This document shows, piece by piece, positions 30,053 through 39,700 of a stretch of 64,000 nt of DNA (within the stretch, counting starts at the first letter, position 1; each line of letters opens with the position of its first letter). Made by a program: the position numbers and the translations under genes. Source of the stretch: an uncultured Methanomassiliicoccales archaeon (lineage in GTDB: Archaea > Thermoplasmatota > Thermoplasmata > Methanomassiliicoccales > UBA472); the NCBI GenBank assembly GCA_963695345.1, contig OY968769.1, forward strand, positions 2,048,001 to 2,112,000, in the 5' to 3' direction. The notes beneath the pieces were generated by a model. The model did not search any database. It was not told where the DNA came from and worked only from the letters and a program-made list of their open reading frames with translations.

Positions 30053-31087
30053 TCAGATCGAGTTGCTGCTAGACGTGCCCGTGGGCGCATCCAGTGCGGT
30101 CGAATGGGCCGGGACCGTGGCTGCCGTTCCTCCCTCTGGCGATTCGATGATATCCGCTATCACCGGGGTGAACGGGTCCACAAGCGCACCGGCGACCCCC
30201 ATCCTCTCCAGTGAATCGAAATCCCTCTCAGTTATTCCGCCCCCCATGTGGAGGGTTATGCCGTGTGCCAGAGCCCTGGTCACGATATCCTCCGAATAGC
30301 CGGAGCGGGAACCCAGGCGGGGTAGGTCGATGATGGCGATCTCCTCGAACCCGATCCTCTTCAGTGCCTCGATAGCCTCGTCCAGATCGGTAGGTCCAGC
30401 CTCTGCCCTTTCCCAGACCACATCGGTGTCCAAATACAGACAAGGAATGCATTTGTCAGAGAGATCGAAAAGTTCCTTGAACATTCCGATGCTCCGGCAA
30501 CATAGGGTGCCGGCCACCGCATAGGAGACACCCATGGCGAAGGCGTCGAAAAGATCATCCTCGTTCCGCATGCCAATTTCGAGCCAGACGTTGTATTTCC
30601 TCTTGAGGAGCTGCCGTAGGACATCGAAGTTGGGACGGCCTTCCATGATCCCGGCCATGTCCATCAGCAAGACCTCCGGAGCATTGTAGCGCTGTCCCGA
30701 AACGGCCTTCCAGTACTTGCTGAAATTAGCGGAGTACTCGGACCTGACCAGCCGCTCACCATCCCATTTGACGCTGACCACTTCGGCTTTGCTCCCCAGC
30801 GGGATGTCGATCCCGGCCAAGGACAGCAAGGACCTAGTGTCCACTGGCATGATCGGGATGTGCATAAACGATTTCGATGCTTGGTCTTGCTCCATGTTAT
30901 CTTCCTTGAACTCCCTCAATTCCTTCTGACTGGCGAAATCTAACGGGACCGCCTTTCTACCGCACTGGCGGCAGATATACCCTCCGTCCTTGTTATCCAC
31001 TCCTGCCATCGGTCCTCCGAAGATCACCTGCGGTTCGATGTCTCGGCTTCCACAATATGGGCAGGCGCTGATACGCTGATTTGTCAT
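30053..31087 (-). CDS. Zn-ribbon + HisA/HisF-like TIM-barrel protein
   Basis: N-terminal CPYC...CRQC, then a barrel-like region with VAGT, IIDL.R.GS.SG and MGGGI...L...GV.GALV. Confidence 0.6.
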   Translation of the reverse strand: MTNQRISACPYCGSRDIEPQVIFGGPMAGVDNKDGGYICRQCGRKAVPLDFASQKELREFKEDNMEQDQASKSFMHIPIMPVDTRSLLSLAGIDIPLGSKAEVVSVKWDGERLVRSEYSANFSKYWKAVSGQRYNAPEVLLMDMAGIMEGRPNFDVLRQLLKRKYNVWLEIGMRNEDDLFDAFAMGVSYAVAGTLCCRSIGMFKELFDLSDKCIPCLYLDTDVVWERAEAGPTDLDEAIEALKRIGFEEIAIIDLPRLGSRSGYSEDIVTRALAHGITLHMGGGITERDFDSLERMGVAGALVDPFTPVIADIIESPEGGTAATVPAHSTALDAPTGTSSSNSI

Positions 31088-31262
31088 TTCGTTGCTACGA
31101 GCATAGTTGCATAGCGAATAATACTTTCCATGGGACGTTCTGACAAACGGCATCAGGCAACGATGACGATCGAGTGAGTTGGAGAAATTGTGCTCCGGCA
31201 GCGCCATATTATGAATGCTGCCTTCAAAATCGATATGTATCGGGTGAACATTCTTTTCTTAT

Positions 31263-32162
31263 GTGAGCAAGGTCGCCATAGTCGGTGGGTCAGGTCTGCT
31301 CGGCCAGTATCTGGTCGATGAGGCTCTGTCCCGGGGGCACGAGGTCGTCTCCACTTACAAAGGGGGGAAACCCTGCCCCGGAGGCAGGGCGATACCGCTG
31401 GATATGACCGACCAAGGTGCGGTGGAATCGTTCTTTTCCAGGGAAATGCCCGATCGTGTGCTGCTCCCGGCGGCGATGACCGATGTCGACGAGTGCGAAA
31501 GGAAACCGCAACTGGCCTTTTCCGTGAACGTGGAGGGGTCCATGAACATAGCCCAGGCATGCAAGTCCAGCGGTGCACTTTTGCTGTACGTCTCCACCGA
31601 CTATGTGTTCAACGGGTTCAAGGGATCGAAGTACTACGAGTTCGAGACACCGGACCCGCTCAGCATCTATTCCAAGACCAAGCTGGAAGGGGAACGTCTG
31701 GTGATGGATTACTCCAACCGTAACGCGGTCTGCCGGGTCGCGGTGTTGTATGGATGGAATCGATTGTCCAATAAGGACAACTTCGTTACCTGGGTCCTGC
31801 GTTCTGTAAGGGCGGGCAAGGAGGTCAGACTGTTCGAGGACCAATTCGTCTCCGCCACCTATGCCCCCCATTGCGCCAAGGTCCTGACCGAGGTGTCCGA
31901 GAGGGGCTTGAAGGGCTTGTTCCATGCCAGTGGCCCAAACTGCCTTAGCCGTTACCAAATGGGCATGGTGATTGCGGAGGTATTCGGCCTGGACGAATCA
32001 TTGATGAAGCCCTCAAAGCTGAAGGACGCGACATTCATGGCCAAGAGGGCGGAGAACTCCTGTCTCAATGTCGAGAACATCGAAGCTCAGCTGGACATGT
32101 CCATGATGCCTTTCCGGGCAGGCATCGAGGACATGAAGGCGACGGAATCATCACTGCAATAG
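31263..32162 (+). CDS. rmlD: dTDP-4-dehydrorhamnose reductase family SDR
   Basis: GGSGLLG, AAMTDVDECE, STDYVF.G, P...YSKTKLEGE. Confidence 0.85.
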   Translation: MSKVAIVGGSGLLGQYLVDEALSRGHEVVSTYKGGKPCPGGRAIPLDMTDQGAVESFFSREMPDRVLLPAAMTDVDECERKPQLAFSVNVEGSMNIAQACKSSGALLLYVSTDYVFNGFKGSKYYEFETPDPLSIYSKTKLEGERLVMDYSNRNAVCRVAVLYGWNRLSNKDNFVTWVLRSVRAGKEVRLFEDQFVSATYAPHCAKVLTEVSERGLKGLFHASGPNCLSRYQMGMVIAEVFGLDESLMKPSKLKDATFMAKRAENSCLNVENIEAQLDMSMMPFRAGIEDMKATESSLQ

Positions 32163-32262
32163 GTCAAATGCGCACGATGTTTCGTTCCTTCTGAGCCATT
32201 TTTTGAGGAAGCTTAATATCCGGGCCTTCATCAATACTTCATCGTTTGCGGAGGAGACAATA

Positions 32263-33390
32263 TTGGAATCCAACGGTCAAAAGATAGGTGTTTTCGTTTG
32301 CCGCTGCGGCGGGGACATTGACAATAACATAGATACTGAAACGATTGCCAGCTCGGTTCGGGCGGAGGGGGGCGTAGCTCATACCAGCGTCCATGATTTC
32401 CTATGCTCCAAATCATCCAGGGAGATGATCACCAAAACGATCATGGACGAGCATCTGGACCGGGTCGTGGTCTCTGCCTGTTCTCCCCGTTTGTACCTTC
32501 AGGACTTCCAGCAGGCGGCAGTTGACGGAGGACTGGACAAGTGCATGGTGGAGATGTCGAACATCCGTGAGCAGTGCTCATGGATCCACTGGGAGAACCG
32601 GGAGCTTCAGACAGAGAAGGCCCTGGACATGACCCTCATGGCAGTGGCCAAACTGCGCAACCAATTCCCTTCAGAAAAGGGCAATGTCGCAATCGTGAAC
32701 AAGGTGAGATGCACTGGATGCGGTGTGTGTGAGGCGGTCTGTAACGTCAACGCCATCAAGGTGACGGAAGATCCCGAGTCCGGTGGGAAACGAAAGGCAA
32801 ATGTCAACCCGAAGGCTTGCGAAGGATGCGGAGCATGTGTGTCCGCCTGTCCGACCGCGGCCATGGACCAGACCTGTTTCTCCAATGCCCAGGTGGTGGC
32901 GGAAATCGAGACCGCGCTGCGCAATTCAAGGGTGGAGAGCACTTTCCCGAACATCTTGGTCTTCTCTTGCCACCACTGTTCCTATGCCGCGGCCGACACC
33001 GCCGGGCTGAAAAGGCTAGGCAACGATGTCCACTTCCGGACCGTCCGCGTCATGTGCTCGGCGCGGGTCGATCCTGAATGGGTTCTGAAGGCTCTTTCAA
33101 GCGGGGCCGATGGAGTGCTCATCCTGGCCGGTTCCCCAGGTCGGTGCCATTACGAGGTAGGGAACCTGCGCACCCGCAAGCGGATGACCCTGCTTAAGAT
33201 CGTGCTGCAGCAGTTGGGCTTCGACGAGGACCGGTTCCTGATCGAGTTCGTTGACGAGGAGCAGCCGGAAAAGTACCGGACGACCATCGAGGAGTATGTC
33301 CAGAAGATTAGAGAACTGGGCCCCAACCCGATCGTTCCGAACAAGAAGCCGGACCCCAAACGGCTGGAGATACCGGGGCTGAATCTCTAA
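32263..33390 (+). CDS. HdrA N-terminal domain + 2[4Fe-4S] ferredoxin + MvhD fusion (no FAD-binding domain)
   Basis: IGVFVC.CGG.I, CS, ACSP, NIREQCSW.H, then two CxxCxxCxxxC motifs, then C..CSY.AAD, RVMCS.RVDP, GADGV, CHY..GN. GGAGGAG SD before TTG at 32263. Confidence 0.85.
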   Translation: MESNGQKIGVFVCRCGGDIDNNIDTETIASSVRAEGGVAHTSVHDFLCSKSSREMITKTIMDEHLDRVVVSACSPRLYLQDFQQAAVDGGLDKCMVEMSNIREQCSWIHWENRELQTEKALDMTLMAVAKLRNQFPSEKGNVAIVNKVRCTGCGVCEAVCNVNAIKVTEDPESGGKRKANVNPKACEGCGACVSACPTAAMDQTCFSNAQVVAEIETALRNSRVESTFPNILVFSCHHCSYAAADTAGLKRLGNDVHFRTVRVMCSARVDPEWVLKALSSGADGVLILAGSPGRCHYEVGNLRTRKRMTLLKIVLQQLGFDEDRFLIEFVDEEQPEKYRTTIEEYVQKIRELGPNPIVPNKKPDPKRLEIPGLNL

Positions 33391-33724
33391 ACACCTTAAT
33401 CCCTTCTTTCAGCAGCCACCCTGATCCTGACCTGCCGTTGAGGGCGGGTCATCCTATATTTTTCCTCTAGGTTTGGGACAACGTTGTAGGGGGCACAAAG
33501 ACCGCCAATCCCGGGCAATGACAATCGAAGGAATCGGACCAGGTCAATATTGTGCTGTGCAATAAATGGTATCGGCCCAAGTCAATGGATGGTCTGTGGT
33601 CCGGAAAATGATATGAGTATGCGTCAAGATATTCCATTCTCTCGATTCCGTTGATGATCTGATGTTCGATTCATATTCAGATTAAAAAAAGGATGAAAAA
33701 AAGAAGGGTTTGTCCTGTCGCACC

Positions 33725-35245
33725 TCAGGCAGGCGTCGGTTCCGGATTCTTCTTCTTGTCCAGGAGGGACACTCCGATGGTGGTTGCGAATCCGACCGGT
33801 ATGCTGATGATACCGGGGTTGTTCAGGGAGAAGAACGCTCCCGACCCCATCACCGTGGGGCTGGCAGAGATCAGCACCAGCGACAGGCCCAATCCGACGA
33901 ATATGCCCATCACGATGCCCTTCTCCGTGGCCTTCTTCCAGTACAGGGTGCAGATCAGCGCCGGGATGTTCGCCGAAGCTGCTATGGCGAATGCCAAGCC
34001 CACCAGGAAGGCCACGTTCTGGCCTTTCATGATGATGCCCAGGCCGATCGCCACCAGCCCCACCGACACCGCGGTGATCTTGGATACCCTCAGCGCCGAC
34101 TTCTCCGACTTCTTCTTGCCCATGATCTCGGTGTATATGTCATGGGCTATCGCACCTGCCGCAGCCATGATCAGGCCTGAGACCGTTCCCAGGATGGTGG
34201 CAAACGCTATCGAAGATATCAGCGCGAAGAACACCTCCCCGCCGATGAAGTTCGCCAGCGTAGGCGCCGCCAGGTTTGAGTCCTTCACCAGGAATTCCCC
34301 TTGGCCGGCGAAGTAGTTCGCCCCCAGTCCCAGGAACAGGATCAGGATGTAGAACGCGCCCATGGCTATTATGGCCACCACCGTGGACTTCCTGGCATCT
34401 GACGGCTTCGGGACCGTATAGTACCGTATCAGGATATGCGGAAGTGCTGCCGTGCCCAGGATCAATGCCAGCGCTAACGACGCGTAGTCCAGCGGATCAT
34501 GGTACTTCAGACCAGGCGACATGAACGCGTCCCCGCTGTAGGCGTTAGGCGTTCCCGTCGACGGGTTCGCCGCCCCATTGGAGATGAAGTGGCCTATGAA
34601 CGTCACAGGGTCCATTCCAGCAACTGCCAGGACGCCTATCGTCAGGGCTATCACCGCTATGAGCAGGAGGATCGCCTTGATGAACTGGACCCAGGTGGTG
34701 GAGACCATTCCTGCGGTGGCGACGATCAGGATGACGATGCTACCAACGATCACGACTCCCCATTCATAGGAGAATCCCAGCAGGGGCTGGACGATCGTCC
34801 CTGCACCGACCATCTGCGGTATCAGATAGAACACGCTGACGATCAGCGTGCTTATTGACGCGGCGAGGCGGACGCGCTTGCTCTTGAACTTGTGGACCAG
34901 TGCGTCAGCGAAGGTATACTTTCCCATGACCCGGAGCGGCTCCGCTATGAGGAACAGTGCCACTATCCATCCGGCCAGGAACCCGATCCCGTACATGAAG
35001 CCGTCATATCCGCTGAACGCGATCATTCCCGCTATTCCCAGGAACGAAGCTGCGCTGAGGTAGTCTCCGGCGAACGCTATCCCGTTGACAAACCACTTGA
35101 CCCCGCCTCCGGCGACGTAATAGTGGCCTGCGGTACGGACCCTTCGGGAGAAGTACACCGATATCGCCAATGTTATGATGATGATCACGACGAACAGCCC
35201 AAACGCTAATGGCTTGAAACTAGTGGTATCAAGTGCCGATGCCAT
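33725..35245 (-). CDS. actP: Cation/acetate symporter (SSS family, ActP-like)
   Basis: NGIAFAGDYLSAASFLG, YLIPQMVGAG, TTWVQ..KA, GTAALPHIL.R.YTVP, FATILGTVSGL. Confidence 0.9.
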   Translation of the reverse strand: MASALDTTSFKPLAFGLFVVIIIITLAISVYFSRRVRTAGHYYVAGGGVKWFVNGIAFAGDYLSAASFLGIAGMIAFSGYDGFMYGIGFLAGWIVALFLIAEPLRVMGKYTFADALVHKFKSKRVRLAASISTLIVSVFYLIPQMVGAGTIVQPLLGFSYEWGVVIVGSIVILIVATAGMVSTTWVQFIKAILLLIAVIALTIGVLAVAGMDPVTFIGHFISNGAANPSTGTPNAYSGDAFMSPGLKYHDPLDYASLALALILGTAALPHILIRYYTVPKPSDARKSTVVAIIAMGAFYILILFLGLGANYFAGQGEFLVKDSNLAAPTLANFIGGEVFFALISSIAFATILGTVSGLIMAAAGAIAHDIYTEIMGKKKSEKSALRVSKITAVSVGLVAIGLGIIMKGQNVAFLVGLAFAIAASANIPALICTLYWKKATEKGIVMGIFVGLGLSLVLISASPTVMGSGAFFSLNNPGIISIPVGFATTIGVSLLDKKKNPEPTPA

Positions 35246-35248
35246 CGC

Positions 35249-35974
35249 TCATCCCTCCGCTTCCTTCTTTCCGGCGTACCAATTGAACGTCACGGCCATC
35301 ACTATGGTCAGCAGGATGATGAACATCCCAAAGACGATCCCGACGTTCACACCGAGCGTACGTTCCCCCATTATGCTCCTTCCATAGGTGCCCAAGAGCG
35401 TGAACACCAGGTACAGGGCGCTGAAACCGAAGAAGAGCCACAGGCCGACCCTGAATTGCTTCGTGTGGGTTATGCTTTCCACTGTCTGGACCGAGGGCAT
35501 GGCTCTTCCATTGAGCTTCTTCACCATCTCCAATACCGATTTCACCTCTTCCTCCGTCGGCTTGATGATGACGACCGAGCACTTCGCGTGCTTCCCCACT
35601 GCCGCCGCCACATCTCCCAGGTACAATGCGCTCAGACCGGATGGGCTGGATGTCCCCATGACAATGGTGTTCACCTTGTACTCCTCTGCCGCCTTCAGTA
35701 TCTCGCCTGTGACCGCTCCCTCCCGTGTGATCATGACCACCGGGACCTTGAGCTTCGCCGCCTGGTCTTTGGCGAACGATACCCCATCGCAGAACTCGCA
35801 CCGTCTGAGGGCCTTGTCCTCGGAAATGCGCTCCAGCTCGATCGAAGGCATCTGTTCGATGACGTTCAGCACAACTAATGTGGAGTCGCTAGCTTTCGCC
35901 ATCTCCACTGCCTTCATGGTAGCGACCAGTGCGGGCAGGGAACTGTCTGTGGGTAGCAAGATATGGTTGGTCAC
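35249..35974 (-). CDS. Universal stress protein fused to a DUF485/YjcH-like two-TM domain
   Basis: ILLPTD.S, IVMG...G.VA..V.K.AKCSVVII (USP), then two TM helices with G.NVGI.FG immediately upstream of actP. GGAGG SD present. Confidence 0.75.
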   Translation of the reverse strand: MTNHILLPTDSSLPALVATMKAVEMAKASDSTLVVLNVIEQMPSIELERISEDKALRRCEFCDGVSFAKDQAAKLKVPVVMITREGAVTGEILKAAEEYKVNTIVMGTSSPSGLSALYLGDVAAAVGKHAKCSVVIIKPTEEEVKSVLEMVKKLNGRAMPSVQTVESITHTKQFRVGLWLFFGFSALYLVFTLLGTYGRSIMGERTLGVNVGIVFGMFIILLTIVMAVTFNWYAGKKEAEG

Positions 35975-36599
35975 TGCTGCATCCTCCTTCCGTTCGGTCC
36001 TTGACCGGTTCGGCCCTCAATCCAAACCACGGTAGCCTTGTCCACCGAAAATGTCGGCGGATATTGGATCCGTCTCGCCCTGTCAATCCTTCCGCCTGCG
36101 GGCGGGTGGTTGGCGTCGGTGAGATTACGCCTCTTTCTCCTTCGTTCCGGGCTGGGGAATGGGTCCCGCATGAACTGGAGCATTTCGAAAATCGGTACTT
36201 ATAGTTTGTTCATCTACACTACGATAATTGTCGATTATATATGAATAAATTACGGAATTCGTAACAATATTTTCATAATCACAGATATGACAACAAATAA
36301 CGTAGTTTAAAATCGTCAACCGTCGAAGTCATTTCCATTGGAAAGATTGATCTCAGTCATATTTAACTCTAGACATTTTTCAACCAGTCATTACTAACGA
36401 TTGAGATTACCGGATCGGTCGATACGTCGTCCGTCGTAGAACGCTTTTCGTTGAGAAACTGAGGTATCATTTGATTTTGGAACGGTGGAAAAACCTACCA
36501 GCTGTCTTCGGTACAAGATGGGAAGAATACAATCGCAATGAATATGGGCTGATGGCGGCGGTTTCCGCCATTCCGCCATCGAAATATGGTCCAGTTGCT

Positions 36600-36929
36600 C
36601 TAAGGTGTCTTGGGGTGGCGTCTGTTGAAGCGTTCGATGGCTTCCCGGACCGTTCCCTCCTCGTCAGCGACCAACTTGATGTTCTTGGAGGTGAGCTTCT
36701 TGATGCCATGAGGTCCTATGAATCCGGTAATGACCACGTCCGCGCCGAGCTTGATGAGGTTCTCGGCGGTCTGGATACCGTAACCCACATCGGTATCCTC
36801 CAGGATATTGTCATGGACCGTGAACTCCATGGTTTCGGGGTCCACGCAGACGAACAACGGGGAGTGCCCGAACTCTTCCTCGACCTCGGCTTCTAGGCTC
36901 CCTTCTGAGACCGTGACGCAAATTTTCAT
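36600..36929 (-). CDS. NifB/NifX (FeMo-cofactor biosynthesis-like) family protein
   Basis: MKIC.....L...V...FG.SP.F, G.GIQ.A, GADVVITG.IGP. Confidence 0.85.
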   Translation of the reverse strand: MKICVTVSEGSLEAEVEEEFGHSPLFVCVDPETMEFTVHDNILEDTDVGYGIQTAENLIKLGADVVITGFIGPHGIKKLTSKNIKLVADEEGTVREAIERFNRRHPKTP

Positions 36930-36934
36930 CAAGA

Positions 36935-37786
36935 TCACTTCATCCGTCTTTGCTCGTTCTCCCTTGAGGCTTTGACAAGCTTGTCGACAATGTCCTCGAA
37001 GGCTATTGTGGCCATGGAATCCCTTTTCGCCAACACAATCGGCTTGCCGTCATCCCCGCTGTCCACGACGCTGGGATCGATCGGCACCCTGCCCAGGAAT
37101 GGAACGCCCATCTCGGATGCGGCCTGCTCCCCTCCTCCCTTTTTGAAAAGGTCGATCTCCTTGCCGCAGTGAGGACAGATCAGCCCGCTCATGTTCTCAA
37201 TGATGCCCAGTACCGGCAGTTTTAGCGCCTTTGCGAACGTCACGGATTTGCGCGAATCGAGCAAAGCGACATCCTGTGGCGTGGTGACAATGACCGCCCC
37301 GTCGGCCTCCGGGATCAATTGGGCGATCGTGAGCGGCTCATCTCCTGTTCCTGGGGGAAGGTCAACAATTAGGAAGTCGAGCTCTCCCCACTTCACATCC
37401 GCCACGAACTGTCTCAGCGCCCCCATCTTCATCGGCCCCCTCCAGACTATGGGCGTGTCCTTGCTGTCCAGGAGGAAAGCCGTCGACATGACCTTCAGGT
37501 GCGGTGGGACGTCGACCGGGTAGAGGCCATCCTGGTCCCCCTGGATCTGGGCATCCTCGATGTTCAGCATCTTCGGGATGTTCGGACCATGGATATCGGC
37601 GTCAAGGATCCCTACCTCATATCCCCGCATGGCCAAAGCCATCGCCAGGTTGATGGTGACGGTGGACTTGCCAACGCCCCCCTTTCCGCTCATGACGATC
37701 ATCACGTGCTTTATCTTGGCCAGGCTTTTCAGCACCTTTACGTCCTCTTCTTTCACGGTGCGCAGTTCGATGTTGTCGTTCTCCAT
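36935..37786 (-). CDS. Mrp/NBP35 Fe-S cluster carrier ATPase
   Basis: [35 protein letters not shown]...CPHC. Confidence 0.95.
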   Translation of the reverse strand: MENDNIELRTVKEEDVKVLKSLAKIKHVMIVMSGKGGVGKSTVTINLAMALAMRGYEVGILDADIHGPNIPKMLNIEDAQIQGDQDGLYPVDVPPHLKVMSTAFLLDSKDTPIVWRGPMKMGALRQFVADVKWGELDFLIVDLPPGTGDEPLTIAQLIPEADGAVIVTTPQDVALLDSRKSVTFAKALKLPVLGIIENMSGLICPHCGKEIDLFKKGGGEQAASEMGVPFLGRVPIDPSVVDSGDDGKPIVLAKRDSMATIAFEDIVDKLVKASRENEQRRMK

Positions 37787-37907
37787 GGTGATTCCTCTGA
37801 AACGAAATTTTCCCATTCTATTGGAATAGGCATAACTGTCCTCTTTGGTTATAAGCTGTTTATGAACGGATCGATTGATTCGTTCGAATCACCGATCTCA
37901 TGAACAC

Positions 37908-38927
37908 TCACTCTGTGTAAGAGTCGTTGTGCCTACCGTACGCCCCTGATTCGATGTCCTTGATCCAATCGATGTTGCTCATATACCAGGCCAGAGTTTC
38001 CTTGATCCCCTGTTCGAAATGATAGAAAGGAGTCCATCCCAGTTCTTTCCTGATCTTATTGGCGTCGACAGAGTATCGTAGGTCATGTCCCGGGCGGTCG
38101 CCGACGTAACGGATAAGGTCCTCGCTCTTTCCCATTTCCTTCAGTATCAATCGGACCACATCGATGTTCTTCCGTTCATTGTTACATCCGATATTGTAGA
38201 CATCTCCAGCTCTACCGCCGGAAACCACAAGATCGATCGCGCTGCAATGGTCCGCCGCGTGAAGCCAATCCCGCACGTTCTCCCCGTTGCCGTATATCGG
38301 AATCGGCTTATTCTGCCATGCCAGCATGATTGTTTTTGGAATTAGCTTTTCAGGGAATTGGTAGGGTCCGTAGTTATTCGAACAACGTGTGATGGTCGTC
38401 TTTATCCCATAGGTCCGGAAATAGGCCAGGACCAGAAGGTCAGCCCCTGCTTTGCTAGCGGAATAGGGGCTGGACGGACGAAGGAGGGAATCCTCCCGGA
38501 ATTTCAGGTCCGGTCTGTCAAGAGGGAGGTCTCCGTAGACCTCATCGGTCGAAACTTGATGGAAACGGTCGACCCCCAATTTCCGGCAGGAGTCCATCAG
38601 CACCTGGGTACCGATGATGTTCGTCTTTATGAACAGATCTGGATTGGTGATCGATCTGTCTACATGGGACTCGGCGGCGAAGTTCACGACGGCATCGAAA
38701 GCCCCTTCGCGAATGACCTTGTCCACCAGATCGGCATCGGTGATGCTCCCTTTGACAAATCTGAAGTTCTCAGTTCTAATGGTCTTCTCAAGATTCTTGA
38801 TATTTGCCGCATAGGTCAACGAATCAAGACACACGATCTCAACATCGGGATGGCTATTCTTCATGAAAAAAATGTAATTGGAACCAACGAATCCAGCTCC
38901 ACCGGTTACCAGGATTTTCATTTCCAT
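37908..38927 (-). CDS. rmlB: dTDP-glucose 4,6-dehydratase
   Basis: GGAGFVG, AAESHVDRS, STDEVYG, YSASK, NNYGPYQFPEKLIP, DRPGHD.RY. Confidence 0.95.
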   Translation of the reverse strand: MEMKILVTGGAGFVGSNYIFFMKNSHPDVEIVCLDSLTYAANIKNLEKTIRTENFRFVKGSITDADLVDKVIREGAFDAVVNFAAESHVDRSITNPDLFIKTNIIGTQVLMDSCRKLGVDRFHQVSTDEVYGDLPLDRPDLKFREDSLLRPSSPYSASKAGADLLVLAYFRTYGIKTTITRCSNNYGPYQFPEKLIPKTIMLAWQNKPIPIYGNGENVRDWLHAADHCSAIDLVVSGGRAGDVYNIGCNNERKNIDVVRLILKEMGKSEDLIRYVGDRPGHDLRYSVDANKIRKELGWTPFYHFEQGIKETLAWYMSNIDWIKDIESGAYGRHNDSYTE

Positions 38928-39136
38928 CCTCGCATGAATTTGCAGCTTTGTATTACATGCAAAATAGATCGAATCTATCTCAGGGCAATGGATAGCGACA
39001 GGCCATTGATTGATGCCCCATGTAATACCTGTGACAACCATTACACTAATAAAAAAGTTAGGCTAAATGACGAATTGAGTTCAACGTTGAACCGGACGGA
39101 TGTCGACACGCCTGAACCATCGCACAGTCCATCCTT

Positions 39137-39694
39137 TCAAACCGAATAAGGAAGATCGTTCTCCACTTCGTCCAGGAAAGGTGCCCTGGCATCCCTCTCG
39201 GATACGATGGGTTCTTCGAACCCCCAATCTATGTCGATCGTCGGATCGTCATATCTAATGGTCCTCTCATGCTCAATGGAGTACAGCCGGTCCACCTTGT
39301 ACTGGACCTCTGAATCGTCCTCAAGGGTGATGAACCCATGGGCATAACCGGAGGGAATGAACAATTGTCTTTTATTGTTCGAAGACAACTCGATTCCTAT
39401 CCATTTCCTGTAGTTGGGAGATCCTCTTCTAATGTCTACGCATATGTCCAGGATGGAACCTCTGGTGCATCGGACGAGCTTTGCCTGTTCCATCGGAGGG
39501 TTCTGGAAATGGAGACCCCTCACAACCCCCTTCTTTTTTGAATAGGAATGATTGTCCTGAACGAAAATCGTTCTGATACCGATATCCTCCATCTTGGTTC
39601 TCGAATAGCTTTCGTAGAACCAGCCCCGGGCATCCTCGTACACATCCGGTTCGATGATCAAGACCCCATCCAATCCAGTAGTGATACGGATCAA
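39137..39694 (-). CDS. rmlC: dTDP-4-dehydrorhamnose 3,5-epimerase
   Basis: D.RG.F.E, QDNHS.S, RGLHFQ, AHGF. Confidence 0.95.
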   Translation of the reverse strand: MIRITTGLDGVLIIEPDVYEDARGWFYESYSRTKMEDIGIRTIFVQDNHSYSKKKGVVRGLHFQNPPMEQAKLVRCTRGSILDICVDIRRGSPNYRKWIGIELSSNNKRQLFIPSGYAHGFITLEDDSEVQYKVDRLYSIEHERTIRYDDPTIDIDWGFEEPIVSERDARAPFLDEVENDLPYSV

Positions 39695-39700
39695 TATCGC

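Noticed and set aside
36600-37786. Nitrogen fixation from the NifB/NifX-like gene
   Set aside because: NifX-like plus Mrp ATPase pairs are common in non-diazotrophic anaerobic archaea; no nifHDK here
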